Assembly (NCBI GenBank): GCA_963718615.1
Contig: OY970368.1
Coordinates: forward strand, 1,312,001-1,376,000
From: an uncultured cyanobacterium
GTDB lineage: Bacteria; Cyanobacteriota; Cyanobacteriia; PCC-9006; JAAUQQ01
Direction: 5' to 3'
DNA: 64,000 bases
In this document: positions 1 through 10,900 of the stretch, one piece after another
Position numbering within the stretch: position 1 is the first letter of the stretch
How the letters are laid out: each line of letters begins with the position of its first letter
Made by a program: the position numbers and the translations under genes
Notes under the pieces: generated by a model
What the model was told of the DNA's origin: nothing
The model's database searches: none
The model's input: the letters and a program-made list of their open reading frames with translations, nothing else

Positions 1-480
1 CCTCGCTTGGGCTGGTGGCGCACAGACCTGGTCGATCAGCTAGGGGGGGGAGATTTATTGAGGCGCTTACTCCCTAGAACAGCTCAGTGGTCAGGCTTAC
101 AAGCTGTCCGACAGGCAGCCATCCAGACGGATACTCACCTTCGCCGAGAAATACCGGAGGCAGACCAGATAAGAACCTTATTTTTTTGGGGCTTTGATAT
201 TGATGAGCAGCTCTCAGATCGCTTAAGCATCCACAAAAAGTCCGAGGCAGACCCCCAGAAGGTCTTGCCGTTACCGCTCAAGCTGGCAGACCCGTTTTCT
301 CCGAAAGCCTTTGAAGTTGCGATCGCAGGCGAAGTAAACGTGGAGATTACGCGCAACGGCAGAGCCATTCAAGGAGATATACCCATCACCCCAGAGCAAC
401 AGGCCAAAAAACTTGTGGCTGCCCTCGTTAATCCCATCCCTGAGCAATATCCTATGCCGTTCTACCGGATACAGGGTTAA
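1..480 (+). CDS. brxE: BREX-6 protein BrxE (5'-partial)
   Basis: Frame open from base 1; RLGWWRTDLVD..GGGDLLRRLLPRT..W..LQAVR motif; C-terminal YPMPFY; first position in a BREX-6 operon. Confidence 0.8.
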   Translation, partial: PRLGWWRTDLVDQLGGGDLLRRLLPRTAQWSGLQAVRQAAIQTDTHLRREIPEADQIRTLFFWGFDIDEQLSDRLSIHKKSEADPQKVLPLPLKLADPFSPKAFEVAIAGEVNVEITRNGRAIQGDIPITPEQQAKKLVAALVNPIPEQYPMPFYRIQG

Positions 481-481
481 C

Positions 482-1315
482 ATGTGGGTCCAAGATTTTT
501 TGCGAGCTGACACGATGGTCACCACTGGCTATGGATGTGAGATTACCGATCGCCATACTCGCCTTCTTCGCCTTGCCCTGTCCCTAGACGAAAGCTTTCT
601 ATACTGGCAACATGTGCGTTTGGGTCTTAAAGTCGGGGATCAAGCAGTGACTGCCTTCGATGAGCGCTGGTTTGGTAGTAAAAGCATGGCACGGATCAAA
701 ACACTGCTAGGCCTACTGGGTCACCGGTATGGGTCCTATCCTGTAACGCTGATGATTCTTCAACAATGGCTGCCTCGGGATCGGGTGACACGCCAAAATT
801 TATGTCACTGGCATTTGCAGCTAGCAGACCCTAGTTACCGTGCCTTCGCCGGAAATTTTTTGCCCAATCGCTATGACTATGGCGAAGCCGTGATCAATCG
901 CGATATCGTAGCTCGCTGGGTACAAACCCAGTTTCCTGATTGGACGTCTGCAACGGTCAGGCGCATGGCTACGGCACTAATGACTTCAGCGACAGAAGCC
1001 GGTCTCTGCAGCCGTGGCTCTGGAACACGCCAGCTAAGCTATCCCAAAGTGAGAGATGAGGCGCTGACCTACTGGCTCTATCTGCTCCGACAGATCAAGT
1101 TTGAAGGTAGTTTGCTAAGGAATCCTTACTTCCGCTCCGTAGGATTGGAGGGAGCCTTTTTGGAAGAACGGCTGGCAAAACTGTCCGGTTTGAGTTTTCG
1201 TCGGATGGGAGATATCCATGAGTTTGGCTGGCGCTACGCGAACTTGCAATGTTGGGCCGTTGATGCGCTCAATCTTGATGCCTCAGTCATTCTGGAAGGA
1301 GAAACTGGAGCATGA
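482..1315 (+). CDS. brxA: BrxA-like (DUF1819) protein
   Basis: Lies between brxE and brxB; ICHWHLQLADP.YRAF-like and W..AT..RMAT.L..SATEAGL segments; ATG at 482 follows the brxE stop (515 is an alternative start). Confidence 0.72.
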   Translation: MWVQDFLRADTMVTTGYGCEITDRHTRLLRLALSLDESFLYWQHVRLGLKVGDQAVTAFDERWFGSKSMARIKTLLGLLGHRYGSYPVTLMILQQWLPRDRVTRQNLCHWHLQLADPSYRAFAGNFLPNRYDYGEAVINRDIVARWVQTQFPDWTSATVRRMATALMTSATEAGLCSRGSGTRQLSYPKVRDEALTYWLYLLRQIKFEGSLLRNPYFRSVGLEGAFLEERLAKLSGLSFRRMGDIHEFGWRYANLQCWAVDALNLDASVILEGETGA

Positions 1316-1950
1316 CGCCAGGAGGAACACTCAACACATCAATTGATGCAGCTGTGGAATCCCTTAGGCAGGATCTCCTTGGAGTTGATGGACCCAAAAT
1401 CAGCACCATGCGAAATTATCGCTTTGCTATTTTGCTGTACGACCCCAAGGCAGAATTTACACTGCGAGGTCGGATTCGTTATTTAAGTGATGAATTACAG
1501 GGAAAAGGATGGAATATATTATCTATTTCCCTACATAAGCTGCTCTTGGATCGACTGCATGCAGAAGACCCAGAAATTCTGGAAAGCCTGATGCAGCGCG
1601 AGCAGCGGCTGTACCGACGCTCCCCCGAACGTGCGCTGAACCACCTTAAGGAAAAAGTCGCTCCCTACATCGAAGGTCCAGAGGGAATCGCGAAGGACGT
1701 TGTGAATTGGGTCAACCAATTTGTGACCGACCATCCCGATGAGACGGATCGAACGCTGGTTTTTCTTGGACGGGCAGGGGCTCTCTACCCATTCTTTCGC
1801 TCCTCTGCTTTGCTCAAGCACCTGGATGGTAAGACACAAAACTTACCCGTTGTCCTACTTTATCCAGGCACGAAGAAAGAGCTGAATGCTTTATCGTTTA
1901 TGGGAGAACTAGCGTCGGATCGGGATTACCGTCCCCGGATCTACTCTTAA
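1312..1950 (+). CDS. brxB: BrxB (DUF1788) protein
   Basis: FLGRAGALYPFFRSSALLKHLD..PVVLLYPG..LSFMG..YRPRIY motif; ATGA overlap with brxA. Confidence 0.85.
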   Translation: MTPGGTLNTSIDAAVESLRQDLLGVDGPKISTMRNYRFAILLYDPKAEFTLRGRIRYLSDELQGKGWNILSISLHKLLLDRLHAEDPEILESLMQREQRLYRRSPERALNHLKEKVAPYIEGPEGIAKDVVNWVNQFVTDHPDETDRTLVFLGRAGALYPFFRSSALLKHLDGKTQNLPVVLLYPGTKKELNALSFMGELASDRDYRPRIYS

Positions 1951-2038
1951 AAGCATCTAGCAATCCGAGATTTGGGATTGCTCCAGACTGAACTCAGGGT
2001 GTATTCCTCGCCCTTAAACGGTAAAAGGACTCGATCGC

Positions 2039-5000
2039 ATGAAACTCGCGGCAATTTTTGCCAGGGATGTTACTCGGAACATCCCGCCCGTCGTCTACTT
2101 CCATGAGCAGACTCCCGAGAAACTAGCAGAAGAAGTTTCTGAGTACATTATCACCGGAGGCTATGCCGATGGGGATCCCCGTGCGCAGCAGTCGAAGGCG
2201 ACGGGAATTCATGAGCAGTTTGTGCGGCTGCTCGGTGGAATTGCCAAAGCGTTAGGAAAGTCTGGTGGTCCAGAGCTGCCTGCCTCTTGGATTTCTGGTT
2301 TTTACGGTTCGGGTAAGTCGAGCTTCGCCAAGTTATTGGGGCTAGCGCTGGATGGGAAAGCGCTGCCCGATGGTCGTGGATTGGCCGCAGCGCTGTTAGC
2401 TCGGGATGACTCTGCCAAAGCCCAGGAGTTCCAGAAGGTTTGGGATGAGCTTAAAAGTCAGATTGACCCCATTGCAGTGGTCTTCGATATCGGTGCGGTG
2501 GCGCGGGATGATGAGCAGATCCATAACGCGATTCGACGGCAGCTCCAGCTGCGACTGGGCTATTGCGAGAATAGTTATGTAGCGGACTATGAGCTGAAGC
2601 TGGAGCAGGATGGCAAATGGGCTGAGTTTTTGGCCTGTGCCCAGCAGTCGTTGGGTAAGCCTTGGGATGAGGTGAAAACCGAAAAACTGGCTGAGGATAA
2701 GTTCTCCGCTGTTCTCCATGCCTTAATGCCAGAACTCTATTCTGAGGAGATGGCTTGGATTGATAGCCGGGCCGGGAGTCAGACGGGCATGGGCAGTTCG
2801 GCAGAAGAGGCGACCCAGGCGATCGCGGCCATGCTCAACTATCGCGCCAAGGACAAGACGCTGTTCATCGTCGTGGACGAGGTGAGCCAATACATCTTCC
2901 AGAACACGGGGCGGATGCTGGCGCTCCAGTCCTTTGTGTCATCGCTGGGGCAGCGGCTTAAGGGCCAGGTTTGGCTGCTGGCAACAGGCCAACAAAAGCT
3001 GGAAGACAACGAAGATGAGAGCAACATTGGCAAACTCAAGGACCGCTTTCCGCCGTCGCTGCGGGTGCATTTAGCGCCAGCGAATATCAAAGACGTGGTC
3101 CACAAGCGACTGCTGAAGAAGAACGCCAGCGAGGAGCCAGCCCTGCGGCAGCTCTTTGCCCAGCATCGCAGCGAGCTGAAGCTCTATGGCTACCAGTGCG
3201 ACAACATCACGGAAGAGGATTTTGTCGAGGTGTATCCGCTGCTGCCGGGCTATGTGGACCTGGTGATGCAGATCGCCTCGAACCTGCGGACGCGTTCGGC
3301 CAAGGCCAAGGGGGATGACTATGCCATTCGTGGTCTTTTGCAGTTGCTGGGCGAACTTTTCCGTGAGCAAAGGCTGGGAGAAAAGGATCTTGGCGAGCTG
3401 ATCACTTTAGATCAAATCTTTGAGATTCAGCGTTCTGCTTTGGACAACGATGTTCAAATTACCCTGAGTCGAATCTTTGACCACAACGCTGTGTTAGCTA
3501 ATTCTCCAGAAGAACGGGCGGCCAAGGCTGTGGCCCTGTTAGAACTGATCCAAGACCAGGAGCCCACCACGCCAGCGCTGGTGAGCCAATGTTTGTACCA
3601 GCGGCTGGGGGCAGGTAATCAAACGACTCAGATTGAGCAGGCCTTGAATAATCTCCGCGATTGGGGGCTGCTGTCCTATTCCGAGAAAACGGGCTATAAA
3701 ATCCAAAGTTCTGCGGGGCAAGAATGGGGGAGGGAGCGGGATAGCTATTCTGTTTCTTCGGGGGTGAGGAGCGAGCTGGTGGCGAGCAAGCTCAAGGATT
3801 TGTTGGGTGGGCTGGCTCGGCCTCGCTACCAAAACAACACCTTTCGCTGGTCTGCCTTTTACAACGATGGTAAGGAACAGCGAGAGGTGCCGTTGCAGAG
3901 CCCCCGTGACCTGGATGTGGTGACGGTGGATTTTCGCTATCTCAAAAGTAAGGACGATCGCAAACCCGATCTATGGATTCAGGAGAGCGATACTCATTTA
4001 TTGAAAAACCGTCTGATTTGGGTGGTGGGTGAAACCGGCGAATTGGACAGCCTCTTGCAGCACTTGGGGCGCTCCAAGCACATGCTGAGTAAGTATGAGT
4101 CGCGCAAACAGTCCTTGTCTGATGCGAAGAAGCGGTTGCTCGGGGATGAGCAGAGCAATTGCGATCGCCTAGAGAGCAAGGTCAAAGACGCCGTCAGCGC
4201 TGCCTTCATGGCGGGGGAGGTGTATTTCCAGGGGCGTAAGCTGGACAAGCAGACCCTGGGGAGTAGCTTTACGCAGCTGCTGGAGCAAGCGGCCAATCAT
4301 GTGCTGCCCCAGCTCTATAGCCGCTATGAGGGTACTCGCGTGGACCCGGCGGAGCTGAAGCAGCTACTGGCCAAGGAAATATCCGGGCCGTCCCAGAAGT
4401 TTATGGCGGGGGGCCTAGGCATCTTGGAAGAGGATGCGGGCAAATATACGCCGGTTTGTAATGGGACTGTGCCCCAGCGGATTTTGCAATATGTCCAGGA
4501 GGAGCAGGGGGTTGCCGGGGGAACCTTGCTCAGCCACTTTGGGGGACCGCCCTATGGTTACACGCCGGACCTGGTGCGGGCCTGTTTGGCAGGGTTGCTG
4601 CGGGGGCGCAAGCTCTCTATTCGACCGGAATCGGGCGCGGTGATCACATCCATTCAGGATGCGGGGGCGCGGGATATGTTCGAGAAGGATCGGGAGCTGA
4701 AGCGGGCTGAGGTGCTGCCGCCCAGCGAGACGGGAATTACGCCGCGCGATCGCATCAGCATGTGCAAGCTATTTGAAAAATACTTCAACACCGAGCTGGA
4801 GCGCGAAGACGATGCGATCGCCGATGCGGTTTTCCAATATTTCCCGGCCCAGTCCCAGCGCATTCGCGAGTTAGAGGCCAAGTACAATCGGCTGCCCCAG
4901 CGGCCCCCCTTGCCCAGCAGCATTGAGAAGCTGCGCGATGCTTTGCCCAAATGCGTGGGTGCTCGTCAGGTGGACCCAACCCTAAAGGAACTGAAGCGTC

Positions 5001-5665
5001 AGTTAGATGTTTTGGGGGATGGCTTACAGAAGCTGGGGATTATCCTGTCGGAGCTGACCGATGAGCGGCTGGCGGCGGTGGAGCGGGCGATGGGGGTGCA
5101 GCAAAACCAGGTGCAGCAGCTCCAGGCGGTGGAGCGAGATGGGGCCGTGCAGGGGGCGATCGCCAAATTAGCAGATCAGCTCGCCCTAGATGAGCCCTGG
5201 CGGGATATTGCGGCGCTGGATGCTGACCTCACAGCCATTGAACAGCACTACAAAGAGGTAAGGCTCTCGCTGCTTCAGGCCCAGGAGCAGGCGGCGGAGC
5301 AGATTAAAACCCAGATTCAGCGCCGTTCTGGGTTCTCGACGCTGAGTGCTGATCGGGCGGAATATGTCGTTGAGCCCGTGCGCAAAGCAGTAGATGACAC
5401 CACCCAGGAGGCCCTTTACCCTGAGCTACTACGACTGAAGGATTCTGCGAAGCTGCGGTTGCAGCGGGCTGCGGAACAGGCAAATAGCTATTTGGATGAT
5501 GCGCTGTCCACGGTGTCCGAAACAGAGGTGATTCTCTTCGATGCCCAGTTGAAGCATCAGGAAATCGGTTCGCCTGAGGAGGTGGAAGCGTTGGTCAATC
5601 GGCTCAAGGAGCGGCTGTTGGCTCAGCTCGCTGGAAAGGACAATGTGCGAATTCGGATCCAGTAA
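2039..5665 (+). CDS. brxC: BREX P-loop ATPase BrxC
   Basis: 1208 aa; WISGFYGSGKSSF Walker A; FIVVDEVSQY Walker B; KLKDRF; VYPLLP. Confidence 0.92.
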   Translation: MKLAAIFARDVTRNIPPVVYFHEQTPEKLAEEVSEYIITGGYADGDPRAQQSKATGIHEQFVRLLGGIAKALGKSGGPELPASWISGFYGSGKSSFAKLLGLALDGKALPDGRGLAAALLARDDSAKAQEFQKVWDELKSQIDPIAVVFDIGAVARDDEQIHNAIRRQLQLRLGYCENSYVADYELKLEQDGKWAEFLACAQQSLGKPWDEVKTEKLAEDKFSAVLHALMPELYSEEMAWIDSRAGSQTGMGSSAEEATQAIAAMLNYRAKDKTLFIVVDEVSQYIFQNTGRMLALQSFVSSLGQRLKGQVWLLATGQQKLEDNEDESNIGKLKDRFPPSLRVHLAPANIKDVVHKRLLKKNASEEPALRQLFAQHRSELKLYGYQCDNITEEDFVEVYPLLPGYVDLVMQIASNLRTRSAKAKGDDYAIRGLLQLLGELFREQRLGEKDLGELITLDQIFEIQRSALDNDVQITLSRIFDHNAVLANSPEERAAKAVALLELIQDQEPTTPALVSQCLYQRLGAGNQTTQIEQALNNLRDWGLLSYSEKTGYKIQSSAGQEWGRERDSYSVSSGVRSELVASKLKDLLGGLARPRYQNNTFRWSAFYNDGKEQREVPLQSPRDLDVVTVDFRYLKSKDDRKPDLWIQESDTHLLKNRLIWVVGETGELDSLLQHLGRSKHMLSKYESRKQSLSDAKKRLLGDEQSNCDRLESKVKDAVSAAFMAGEVYFQGRKLDKQTLGSSFTQLLEQAANHVLPQLYSRYEGTRVDPAELKQLLAKEISGPSQKFMAGGLGILEEDAGKYTPVCNGTVPQRILQYVQEEQGVAGGTLLSHFGGPPYGYTPDLVRACLAGLLRGRKLSIRPESGAVITSIQDAGARDMFEKDRELKRAEVLPPSETGITPRDRISMCKLFEKYFNTELEREDDAIADAVFQYFPAQSQRIRELEAKYNRLPQRPPLPSSIEKLRDALPKCVGARQVDPTLKELKRQLDVLGDGLQKLGIILSELTDERLAAVERAMGVQQNQVQQLQAVERDGAVQGAIAKLADQLALDEPWRDIAALDADLTAIEQHYKEVRLSLLQAQEQAAEQIKTQIQRRSGFSTLSADRAEYVVEPVRKAVDDTTQEALYPELLRLKDSAKLRLQRAAEQANSYLDDALSTVSETEVILFDAQLKHQEIGSPEEVEALVNRLKERLLAQLAGKDNVRIRIQ

Positions 5666-5682
5666 GCTGGGCAGGCTGATCG

Positions 5683-6994
5683 CTAGCCTCTAATGAGCGT
5701 GATGGCTCGATTTTGAGGACTGCATATAATCTCACTGGAGGTCCGGTCTGCGATCGCCCCCACCCCATCACTCTGGTCAAAAATCACGAGCCAGCCAGAC
5801 TGAAGTCCCAGCCCAGCCAAATACTGATCCAATTGCTCCAGGCCCGCCGCCAAAGGATCGGGTCGCCCTGAGCGCCAGACCTTTAGCTCAATGCCCAGGG
5901 TGACTGCTCGATAGCGAAACGGTCGTGGAATAGGCCAACATGCGCGGCATCACCTCCCGGTAAATGGGATTGGCAATGACTAAGCTGCCGGTCTCATCCA
6001 GGCGGCAAAGGCCCAGATCGATGACAAATTCAATGTCATCCACTGGCACATCGCCTAGGGGTTGCCCTGCCAACATGGGCTCCAGGATGGACTTGATCCG
6101 AGGCTCTCTGATGCGACTGGCGAGGCTGTCAATGTGGGTGTCGCGTCGTTGGATGAGCAGCTCTTTGGCGGCTTGAATATGCTCCTCGGTGATGGCAAGC
6201 GTGGGATCTGGAGCGACCACTTCTACGGCCTGTCTGGCCAGGGCATTGACGAGCCAGGGGTGGCCGTTGCTGAGGTGATAGGCGAGCTGGGTGGCGGCTG
6301 GGGTAAAGACCTGTCCGGTGTCTTCGCTGTGCTGGGCGTAGAGGGTGGCGACTTCCTCGGGGGTAAAGTTGCCCAGGGTGAGGGATTCAATTTTGATGTT
6401 GAAGGGACTGGCGGTGTGGAGTCGTTCGCTGCCGCCGGAGGCAACCTTGTAATCCCGCACATCCCTGAGGCCGATGAGGGCAACGGACTGGGGAAAGCCT
6501 TGGGGGCGACGGGGATAGCCGGAGCGAATTTGTCTGAGCAAGGAGATGAGAACTTCGTTTTCGAGGGCATCGACCTCGTCGATGAGGAGCACAATGGGAC
6601 GGGGGGAGGAGATGGCCCAGCCTTGCAAAGCACCATTGATGCTTGTGCCTGAATTTGCTTCGGGCCAAGAAAGGGGCTGAAGTTCGGGGGGAAGGTGATA
6701 TTGGATCCCCAGGAGCCATTCTTGGAGTATGGCTTGCTCTGCGGCAGTTGGGTCATCGGGATAGCCTGCACCCACTTCTGCGGAGACCATGACGGCGCAA
6801 TATTGGCCGCTGGCGGTGAGCTGCTGGGCGAGCGCGAGCATGGCGGTGGTTTTGCCGGTTTGGCGGGGGGCATGGATGACGAAGTAGCCCTGCTGGTCAA
6901 TCAAGCGCTTGACGGTGGGCAAGCGCGTTGCAGGGGGGAGCATGTAGTGCAGGTCGGGCCGACAGGGACCAGCGGTGTTGAACCAGCGTGCCAT
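5683..6994 (-). pseudogene. AAA-like ATPase fused to PD-(D/E)XK nuclease, broken by internal deletion and frameshift
   Basis: MARWFNTAGPC start; HAPRQTGKTT Walker A; LLIDEVD. Frame stops at 5888, but another frame from ~5915 encodes the family C-terminus VTLGIELKVWRSGRPDPL..GLEQLDQYL..GWLVIFD..ITLIRG* ending at 5683. Confidence 0.8.
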
Positions 6995-6998
6995 GGAA

Positions 6999-7499
6999 CT
7001 AACTCTCTCCAGATTGCTTGAGTGCAATATCAATCACTGCCTGGCTAAGGCGAATGCCCTGGCCTAACATACGCTGGATTGAGTCTTTGAGAGTGACGGG
7101 ATGCCCTTCTCGCTTGGCACGGAGCAAGATTCCGATGGAGCCCGTGAGTTGCAATCCACTTAAACGTGCAATTCGTCGCCCGACGGCTTCGTCAATACAG
7201 ACCGTCGGAATGTTTCGATCCAGAGCAAGCTGAATGACGGCTGCCTCGCCCAGATCCAGAGAATTTGCCAGCATTGGATTTGGCGTTACCGGCTGGGTTT
7301 GTTTTTTAAGCCATGTTGCTTCATTAAATGCCACTAGACCGAAGCCACTAGGACCGCCTGCGGCTATTTCCTTGCAGACTTCTTGGGGGATCCAAACCTC
7401 TGTATAGAGTTCGCGCAGGATCTTCAAATCTCCCAAGGCTGCAATCAGGGCAAGTGTTGGCGAGGTATTCATGACAATGGTCTTGGCAGTATCAGGCAT
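6999..7499 (-). CDS. DUF3368 family PIN-domain putative toxin
   Basis: IVMNTSP..LDLGEAAVIQLA..IDEAVGRRIA..TGSIGILLRAK motif; coupled to a UPF0175 gene. Confidence 0.85.
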   Translation of the reverse strand: MPDTAKTIVMNTSPTLALIAALGDLKILRELYTEVWIPQEVCKEIAAGGPSGFGLVAFNEATWLKKQTQPVTPNPMLANSLDLGEAAVIQLALDRNIPTVCIDEAVGRRIARLSGLQLTGSIGILLRAKREGHPVTLKDSIQRMLGQGIRLSQAVIDIALKQSGES

Positions 7500-7746
7500 T
7501 GTCTAGATCTGAAAGAATATCTTCTGCTGTGAGGTCAATCATGGCTACGTTGTAGCGATGGAGGTTAAGGAGGAAGAACACTCGATCTACTCCTAAGAGC
7601 TGTGCAGCCATTCCAGAAGAGAGGCGCTGGAGTTCAAAGAGCTTCACTGCCATGGCCCATTTGGCTTCTTCTTCAAACTGCTGGCGGGTTTGGTGAAGCG
7701 CATCTGGGAGGCGATCTGGATAATCGATGGAAAGGCTCTGAACCAT
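7492..7746 (-). CDS. UPF0175 family putative antitoxin
   Basis: AMAVKLFELQRLSSGMAAQLLGVDRVFF HTH motif; 8-nt overlap with the DUF3368 gene. Confidence 0.85.
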   Translation of the reverse strand: MVQSLSIDYPDRLPDALHQTRQQFEEEAKWAMAVKLFELQRLSSGMAAQLLGVDRVFFLLNLHRYNVAMIDLTAEDILSDLDNA

Positions 7747-7916
7747 GGTTCTTGGGGCTTTTAGGCGACTTTAACCATTGTAGTCGCATGAACCGAGGAA
7801 GCTGAGGAGGGATAGATCGCATCATTGCATTGACGAAGATTGCAATTCCTAGGGATTTTCACCGAATTGAAGGAAAATTAGTGACTGACTTGCTCTCTCT
7901 CTAGACTCTGGTTTCG

Positions 7917-10900
7917 ATGACTGCTGCCGTTGCTCTGCTGACCGCTGACGCGAAGACGAAGCTTTCGAGTACGATTCGGGGGCTGCGCGATCGCCTCCTC
8001 ACGGATCTCCACAACGCCGCTGATAGCGCCTATAAGCTGAGTATTCGCGATCGCACCCAAGCGGGTCTCACAGAAGCCCAACGCCGCAAACGCCAGCGCC
8101 TAGAGGAATGGCTGGATGAGCAATTGCGGGCGGAGCTGGGCAAGCAAACCCCTGTGAAGGGCAAACCGGTGAAGCCGCCGACGAAGGCCGCAGAGCGACA
8201 AATCTGGGAACGCCACCTGCGGGATGCGGAAAAGCTAGCAGCGGCGACGCTGTTGAATCGGCTGGTGGTGATTAAGCAACTGGAGGCCATGGGTGAGATT
8301 AAGCCCAAGGTGGTGACGGGGGGCTGGGAGAGTCCGGGGTATCGGGATTTTCGGGATTTTGCGCCGGAGCTGTGTCGGGCGGATGCGGGGGATGGCACGG
8401 AGGGCTATAGCTTTTTGTTGCAGTTGCTGTTTGATGAGCTGGCGCTGGAGCTGCCGGGGTTGTTTGGGCCGGTGGGCCAGATGACGGGGTTAACGGAGTT
8501 GTTTCCGGTGCCAGAGGCGACGCTGCGCCATGTGGTGGAGCAGTTGAATCAGCCGGAGCTGGAGTCGGCTTGGGGGGATGATACGACGTTGGGCTGGGTC
8601 TATCAGTATTGGAATGACCCGGAGCGGGAGGCGCTAGATGCCAAGTTGAATGGCGGGGGCAAGGTGGAGCCCCATGAGGTTGCCAGTAAGACGCAGATGT
8701 TTACGGAGCGCTACATGGTGGAGTGGCTGCTGCAAAACAGTTTGGGGCAGCAGTGGTTGGCGATTTGTGCGGGGAATGGCTGGGTGCCGTGGGTGGAGTC
8801 GGAGGGGGTGTTGGCGCGGTTGGCGGCGCGGCGGGCGGAGTGGCGAGCAAAGCGGGAGGCGGGGGAGGTGGCGCTGGATGCGTTGATGCCGATTGAGACG
8901 GCGTTGGAGGGGCGGTGGAAGTATTGGGTGGAGCAGCCGGGGGTGAGGGGTAGCCAAAGCCTCACCAGCATTCGCGATATCAAGATCCTAGATCCCGCCT
9001 GCGGTTCAGGCCATTTTTTGGTGATTGCGTTTGATTTGTTGGTGGCGTTGTACGAAGAAGAGGCGCGGCACCGGGGGGTGGATTGGAGCGGGGCGGAGAT
9101 TGGGGAGTGGATTTTGGCGAATAATTTGCATGGGCTGGATTTGGATCCGAGGGCGGTGCAGATTGCGGCGGCGGGGTTGTTTTTGAAGGCGCGGGGGTTA
9201 GGGGCGCGGGTGAGTCGGTTGAATTTGGTGGCGTCGAGTTTGAGTTTGGCGACGTTGCCGGGGGATGATCCGGCGCGGGTGGCGTTGCAGGTTGAGGTTG
9301 AGGCTGCAACTGGGATTCCGGCGCAGTTGACGGAGCAGATTGTGGCGGCGTTGGCGGGGGCGGATGCTTGGGGGAGTTTGTTGAGGGTGGATGAGGCGGT
9401 GGATCGGGCGATTCGGGAGTTTGAGGCGGGGGTGCAGTTGGAACTTGGGGCTGGTGCTCCTCTCTCTCGCCAAGAACAAGCAGCGGGGAGAGGGGTTGGG
9501 GGTGAGGGTCTTCGTGCTCTGTTGGTGGAGCGGCTGGAGGCGTTTTTGGCGCGGTGTACGCGGAGTGATGATTTGGGGTTGCGGTTGCGGGGGGAGCAGT
9601 TGGCGGCGGGGGTGCGGTTTATTCGGTTGGTGCGGGAGGGGGCTTATGATTTGGTGGTGGGGAATCCGCCGTATCAGGGCTCTAGCAAGATGGCGGAGGA
9701 TGGCTATTTGAAGCGGCATTATCCGAGGGGGAAGGCGGATTTGTATGCGGCGTTTTTGGAGCGGGGGTTGCAGTTGGCAAAGCCGGGTGGGTTGTCGGCG
9801 TTGTTGACGATGCGGAATTGGATGTTTATTAGTCAGTATTCGGCAATTCGTGAATATTTGATTGATAATTTTGATTTGCGATCTTTAGGTGATTTTGATC
9901 GCGGGGCATTTGATGAGGTGCCCAATGAAGTTTTGGCCGTGGTGATGAGTGTGTTTCGTAATCAGCCGCCTTCGGGGGAGTTGAGTGTTGCGCTTCAGCC
10001 GACGCCGTTTGATGATTTATCCTATGACCGGCAGCGGACGAATCGGAAGCGGGCTGCGGTGTTGGCTCAGTTGGGGCGGTTTGAGTTTAGGAGCGATCGC
10101 TTCGAGGCCATCAAAGAAAAGCCGCTCATCTACTGGTGGGATGAGGAGTTTCTGAAGCGATATGCTGAGACCTCTAAAGTTGGAGAAGAAGCACCTGTTA
10201 AGTTCGGAGCCAACACAGGAAATAACTCTCGTTTTATTAGATCACCATGGGAAGTCCAAAGCAACTCAATTTACGCGGTCAAAACTTTTGCTACAAATGC
10301 ATTAAGCTCTACTTTTCGCTGGGTTCCATACATAAAAGGTGCTGCAGGTAAAGTCTGGTTTGAAAACTTGAGTCACATCATTAAATGGCAGCAACAGGCC
10401 TTAGAGCTTAAAGTCAGCGTTGTTCATAACTATGGCGAGGCTGGGCTGAACTGGAAGATCTGCAATAGCCAATATTATTTTGAGCCAGGAATTGCCTTTG
10501 TTATGATTGGTGCAGGCTTTTCAGCAAGGGCTCACAGATATAAAAGTGTCATCGATTCAATGGGTACATCGGTTTTTTCTAATGATTTATCTGAAGTTAC
10601 ATGTTTGTTAAATAGTTATCTCAGTAAGACAATTGCAACTGCGTTGAATCCTTCGATTCATTTTCAAGTCGGCGACGTAAACCGCCTCCCCCTCTTCCCC
10701 ATCGAATCCGCCGACGAAATCTTCATCCAACTAGATCGCGCCTTCACCCAACACGAAGCCGCCCGCGAAACCTCCATCGAATTCAAACAACCCGGCCCCA
10801 CCTGCTGGCCCTACGCCCAAACCTGGGCACAACAAGCCGTAGACCGCCCCGCCGGAACTCCCTTACCTGAGTGGCAACCCGAATACGAAAATCCAGAACC

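Noticed and set aside
8780-9660. G-run clusters as functional G-quadruplexes
   Set aside because: Explained by the regional skew; no independent evidence
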